DNA from: an uncultured Clostridium sp.
GTDB lineage: Bacteria; Bacillota; Clostridia; Clostridiales; Clostridiaceae
NCBI GenBank assembly: GCA_964467165.1
Contig: CAYXOL010000003.1
Location: 32,415 to 96,414 of the forward strand
Reading direction: 5' to 3'
DNA: 64,000 nt
The position numbers and the translations under genes are program-made. Below the pieces are notes generated by a model. It was given only the letters and a program-made list of their open reading frames with translations, did no database searches and was not told where the DNA came from. Shown here piece by piece: positions 60,724-64,000 of the stretch. Position 1 is the first letter of the stretch. The number at the start of each line of letters is the position of its first letter.

Positions 60724-61107
60724 TTATAACTTGCTACTTTCCAGTGTTTCATATTCTACTTCTATATACTTATCTTCATCGTAAAATTTTTCTGACTGAC
60801 CATAAATCCGTATATTTGTTTGCACAGCATTTTCAGCAATATATTTTGCGGTTTTTACACTGACATTAATAGTGGCATCTGCCACAACAGCAGTTATTGC
60901 TGCTGTTATTTTTGCAGTTTTCCCAACCATTTTAGAGGCTACATTACTGTATTTCTTGGTGTTTGCAGCTAATTTTTTTTTACCTGCTTTTTCTGCTATA
61001 GAAGATATAGCATTCCCAGTTAGTTCAATACCATGCTCCGCAGTATTTCCAACAATTTTTCCAGCACCATATATTATTTTCCCCACCATGGTCATCATCA
61101 TCACCAT
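60724..61107 (-). CDS. Hypothetical Ala/Lys-rich helical protein
   Basis: 127-aa ORF; exact start uncertain because several ATGs are clustered. Confidence 0.65.
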   Translation of the reverse strand: MVMMMTMVGKIIYGAGKIVGNTAEHGIELTGNAISSIAEKAGKKKLAANTKKYSNVASKMVGKTAKITAAITAVVADATINVSVKTAKYIAENAVQTNIRIYGQSEKFYDEDKYIEVEYETLESSKL

Positions 61108-61224
61108 ACCTATATTTAATAATCTTATTATATCATATTATTGAAGAATTATTAGTTAATATATTTAATAGATATTTATAATCAAGAATTAAGTTTAGAT
61201 TTTTTCTTAAATTATACTTTTCTA

Positions 61225-63546
61225 CTATTGTGTATTTCTTACATTGTTAAGTGCATTATATACCCCTACAGCTAATTGTTCCATTGTTGTATTATCTTTT
61301 GGATTAAATTGGTTATTTTCTATTTTTATAAAACCAAACGCCACTGCAATAGCCACATATCCTAAATTCTCCTTGGTTATTTTACTTGCATCCTCATAAT
61401 TAATTTTAAATAGTTCACTGTGCTGAGCCAATTTGTCATAATTACTATACTTAACTAAGATTTTAGCCAATTCCTCTCTAGTAACTAATTTGTCTCCTAT
61501 AAATTCTCCACCTGTGTTTTCCATAATTCCATAGGATACAGCCATTTGAAGGAATTTATAATTTGCATCAGATTTTGCAATATTGGAAAATTTAAGTTCT
61601 GCAGTCTTATCTGCCATATATGGTGTATAGCCTCTTGCATTTACTAACATTTTAATTAAGTCAATTTGGGTAACTTTTTTATCTAGTTTAAAATCAGCAG
61701 TTTCTATTAATCCTTTAGACGCTAAAATACTTAATTCTTTTTCTGCCTCACTATTTTTAATCTTTTCTTTAAATAGTTCTATATTCTGATCAATATTCTC
61801 ACCATTATAATTCAAAAATTTACCAGTAAGTGCATCAACATTTGTATAATCGTACATTCCACTAGCATCACCAAGTTTATAAGCCAGTTTCATTTCTAAA
61901 TCTGGTTTTTGTGGATTATTACTTTTATTTATTTGTGTATAAGTAAGGATTGGCTTGTACTTACTAAACATTATTTCACTTGCATTTTTAACACTTATAG
62001 CATTCTTAAAATCCGGAAATTTAATGTCTTTATCCCAATTACAATTCAAACTATTGATCTCGCCAGTAACTGCACTGAAACCAACATTTATATTATTATC
62101 TGTATATTCTATACCATTCTCTAATCTGGCAAAGTTAAAGTAATAATTTCTTTCACCCATATTATTGTAATCACAATAATTATAATGAATTTGCTCAGTT
62201 TTGATTTGTTTAGCTTTCCCATTATAATATTTTGAAACTGCTTCTATAGCCTTTGCGTATGCCTGCTCCCAGGATAATTTAGCAACGAATTTTCCAGTAC
62301 CATTATAGTCTTCATTAGAATATTTATAGCAACTTACTACTTCTCCTGTTAAAGCGTCTATTGATATATTCCCACCTTCGTTGTATTTCGTGTCATCCCC
62401 TTTATTAAAAGATGCATTCCAAGTTTTATTACTTGAACTACCAATATTTTCCGCATATTCTTGATACCCAAGTCCCTGAATTACATACCCCTCACCATAA
62501 AGTTTATTTATAAAGCTTTTTATTATAGTTCCTGCTTCTTTTTCTTCTACCGCCTTTTCTCTAGGTGTTACCACTTTTATTTTACTGTAAAACTCACCCT
62601 TTTCCTTATCACTCAAATCTTTTACTACAGGTCTACTAACATTATTGACTGGGTCAAGGAACTTCCCATCTTTAGCATCTAACAAATTGCCATCGCCAAA
62701 TTCTGGAACATACACTACCTTTATGTCTCTTTTATTTTCATAATATTTATAGTTTTGTGTAAAACCCATATATTTTAAAGTCATTTTTGCTCCAGTTTTA
62801 AAAGCTTCAGCTGCAGTTTTTTGATCTATAACTCCTTTAACCTCCGGAAATTTAAGACTTGAATTCCAATTACTATAGTATGAAACTACCTTTCCGGATG
62901 CTCCATCAACTTCAATATTAATATTATTATCATCAAATTCTATACCATTGACTTTATTTACATAGGTGAAACTATAACTCGCTGACCCATAATTTCCTAT
63001 ATTGTTATAATCTCTTTTGTTTATTACTTTATATTTTTCAGGTTGAATTTTTTCAACAAAATCATTACTAGCCTTTTCTGCTTGCTTAACTGTTATTGTT
63101 GGAACTGTATTTTCTTCATTTACTTTTCGTTCATAATTATTTGCTTGAGTAACTTCACCAGTTTCTGCATTTAAAGTAACACTAATACTAATATTTTTTG
63201 CCATATTATTCATTTGCCAATTAATATTCCAAGTGCTATTTTGCTGACCATTATAATCTGAGCCATTAAAGTTACTTGTTTGAGTAAATTTGCTCTCATC
63301 TATTACTGTATTAAAATAAGTTTTTATTATTTCCTTTGCAATTTCTTTTGCTTTTTCCTTGGATATTTTAGCACTCTTTTCCTCTTCGATATTTTTTGCA
63401 ATCGCTGCCTCTGCAGTTATTTTCGTTGCTCCAATTCCTGTAACTGGAGTTTGAGTCTTTGTCAAAGCTACTGCAAAGGTTGAAGTTGTGCTAGTAAAAG
63501 TTAATGCAGTTGCTAACATTATAGAAACCAATTTTTTCCTATTCAT
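61225..63546 (-). CDS. Secreted YcdB/YcdC (PepSY-like) repeat protein with C-terminal SLH domains
   Basis: Signal peptide; repeated (D/N)A.TGE(V/I) and NGIE(F/Y) motifs; VTREELA and FNPKD.TT SLH motifs. Confidence 0.85.
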   Translation of the reverse strand: MNRKKLVSIMLATALTFTSTTSTFAVALTKTQTPVTGIGATKITAEAAIAKNIEEEKSAKISKEKAKEIAKEIIKTYFNTVIDESKFTQTSNFNGSDYNGQQNSTWNINWQMNNMAKNISISVTLNAETGEVTQANNYERKVNEENTVPTITVKQAEKASNDFVEKIQPEKYKVINKRDYNNIGNYGSASYSFTYVNKVNGIEFDDNNINIEVDGASGKVVSYYSNWNSSLKFPEVKGVIDQKTAAEAFKTGAKMTLKYMGFTQNYKYYENKRDIKVVYVPEFGDGNLLDAKDGKFLDPVNNVSRPVVKDLSDKEKGEFYSKIKVVTPREKAVEEKEAGTIIKSFINKLYGEGYVIQGLGYQEYAENIGSSSNKTWNASFNKGDDTKYNEGGNISIDALTGEVVSCYKYSNEDYNGTGKFVAKLSWEQAYAKAIEAVSKYYNGKAKQIKTEQIHYNYCDYNNMGERNYYFNFARLENGIEYTDNNINVGFSAVTGEINSLNCNWDKDIKFPDFKNAISVKNASEIMFSKYKPILTYTQINKSNNPQKPDLEMKLAYKLGDASGMYDYTNVDALTGKFLNYNGENIDQNIELFKEKIKNSEAEKELSILASKGLIETADFKLDKKVTQIDLIKMLVNARGYTPYMADKTAELKFSNIAKSDANYKFLQMAVSYGIMENTGGEFIGDKLVTREELAKILVKYSNYDKLAQHSELFKINYEDASKITKENLGYVAIAVAFGFIKIENNQFNPKDNTTMEQLAVGVYNALNNVRNTQ

Positions 63547-63814
63547 GATAATTCCTACCTTTCAAAATAATATTTTGTTGTTTAACATAAAAATCCCTCT
63601 TTTGTTGAAAAGTATACTTTGTATTGTTTATTAACTTTATTAGCATTTATATATATATATTATAGACGATTCTAAATTATATATAGTTACATATAAATTA
63701 CATTTTCTTCTAATTTTTATAAAATATTTTTCGTGAGTTTTTCTAACTTTATAAATCTTTTAATGTATTGTATAATTAATGATGTTATAAAAAAAGGCAT
63801 GGGAGTGAAAATAT

Positions 63815-64000
63815 ATGACAAAAACTATTTTTAAAGGCAGTGCAATGCTAAATCCTGTTCCTGTAGTGTTAATTACCTCAAAAAATAAAGAAGGCCGCAC
63901 AAACGTTTTTACAGTGGCTTGGATAGGAACTGCTTGTACTAAACCACCAATGATAACTGTAGCCATAAGACCCGAAAGGCTTTCCTATGAATATATAAAA
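63815..64000 (+). CDS. Flavin reductase family protein (partial, runs off the right edge)
   Basis: Not in the ORF track. GGAG RBS, then MTKTIFKGSAMLNPVPVVLIT..NVFTVAWIG..PP...AIRPER.SY. Confidence 0.88.
   Translation, partial: MTKTIFKGSAMLNPVPVVLITSKNKEGRTNVFTVAWIGTACTKPPMITVAIRPERLSYEYIK

Noticed and set aside
63760-63966. Minus-strand 68-aa ORF
   Set aside because: Antisense to the partial flavin reductase starting at 63815.

Overview
AT-rich Clostridium-type (Bacillota) chromosomal window. I found no rRNA, tRNA, CRISPR array, transposase or prophage. In order it holds: a partial Nudix-like gene; a DUF2975/Xre pair; a PAP2 phosphatase; an accessory block of GNATs, a hydrolase and a methyltransferase; ptsG with a GlcT-type RAT; c-di-GMP genes (sensor-HAMP-GGDEF-EAL and HD-GYP); a ParB/Srx-like-BMP fusion paired with a metallophosphoesterase; YdbS/T; a CBS protein; an amino-sugar cluster (GntR-murQ-nagA-nagB, PRD antiterminator, nagE with RAT); a Zn/Cd P1B-ATPase with ArsR; a soluble chemoreceptor; surE; the glycine-cleavage operon and an APC permease, each behind a tandem glycine riboswitch; lplA; pepF; the YjjI/YjjW glycyl-radical pair; a second GNAT-rich block; pseudouridine catabolism genes; trimeric HydABC [FeFe]-hydrogenase; a G3P-dehydrogenase-like cluster with a GlpP-type leader; an SLH surface protein; and a partial flavin reductase. 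The best candidate for an undescribed system is the cytoplasmic ParB/Srx-BMP fusion plus metallophosphoesterase. Other signals are two probable non-canonical start codons, a 30-aa ORF missing from the track, leader peptides, a chimeric gene relic and several families of dispersed palindromic repeats. All family calls come from motif recognition by eye, not database searches.
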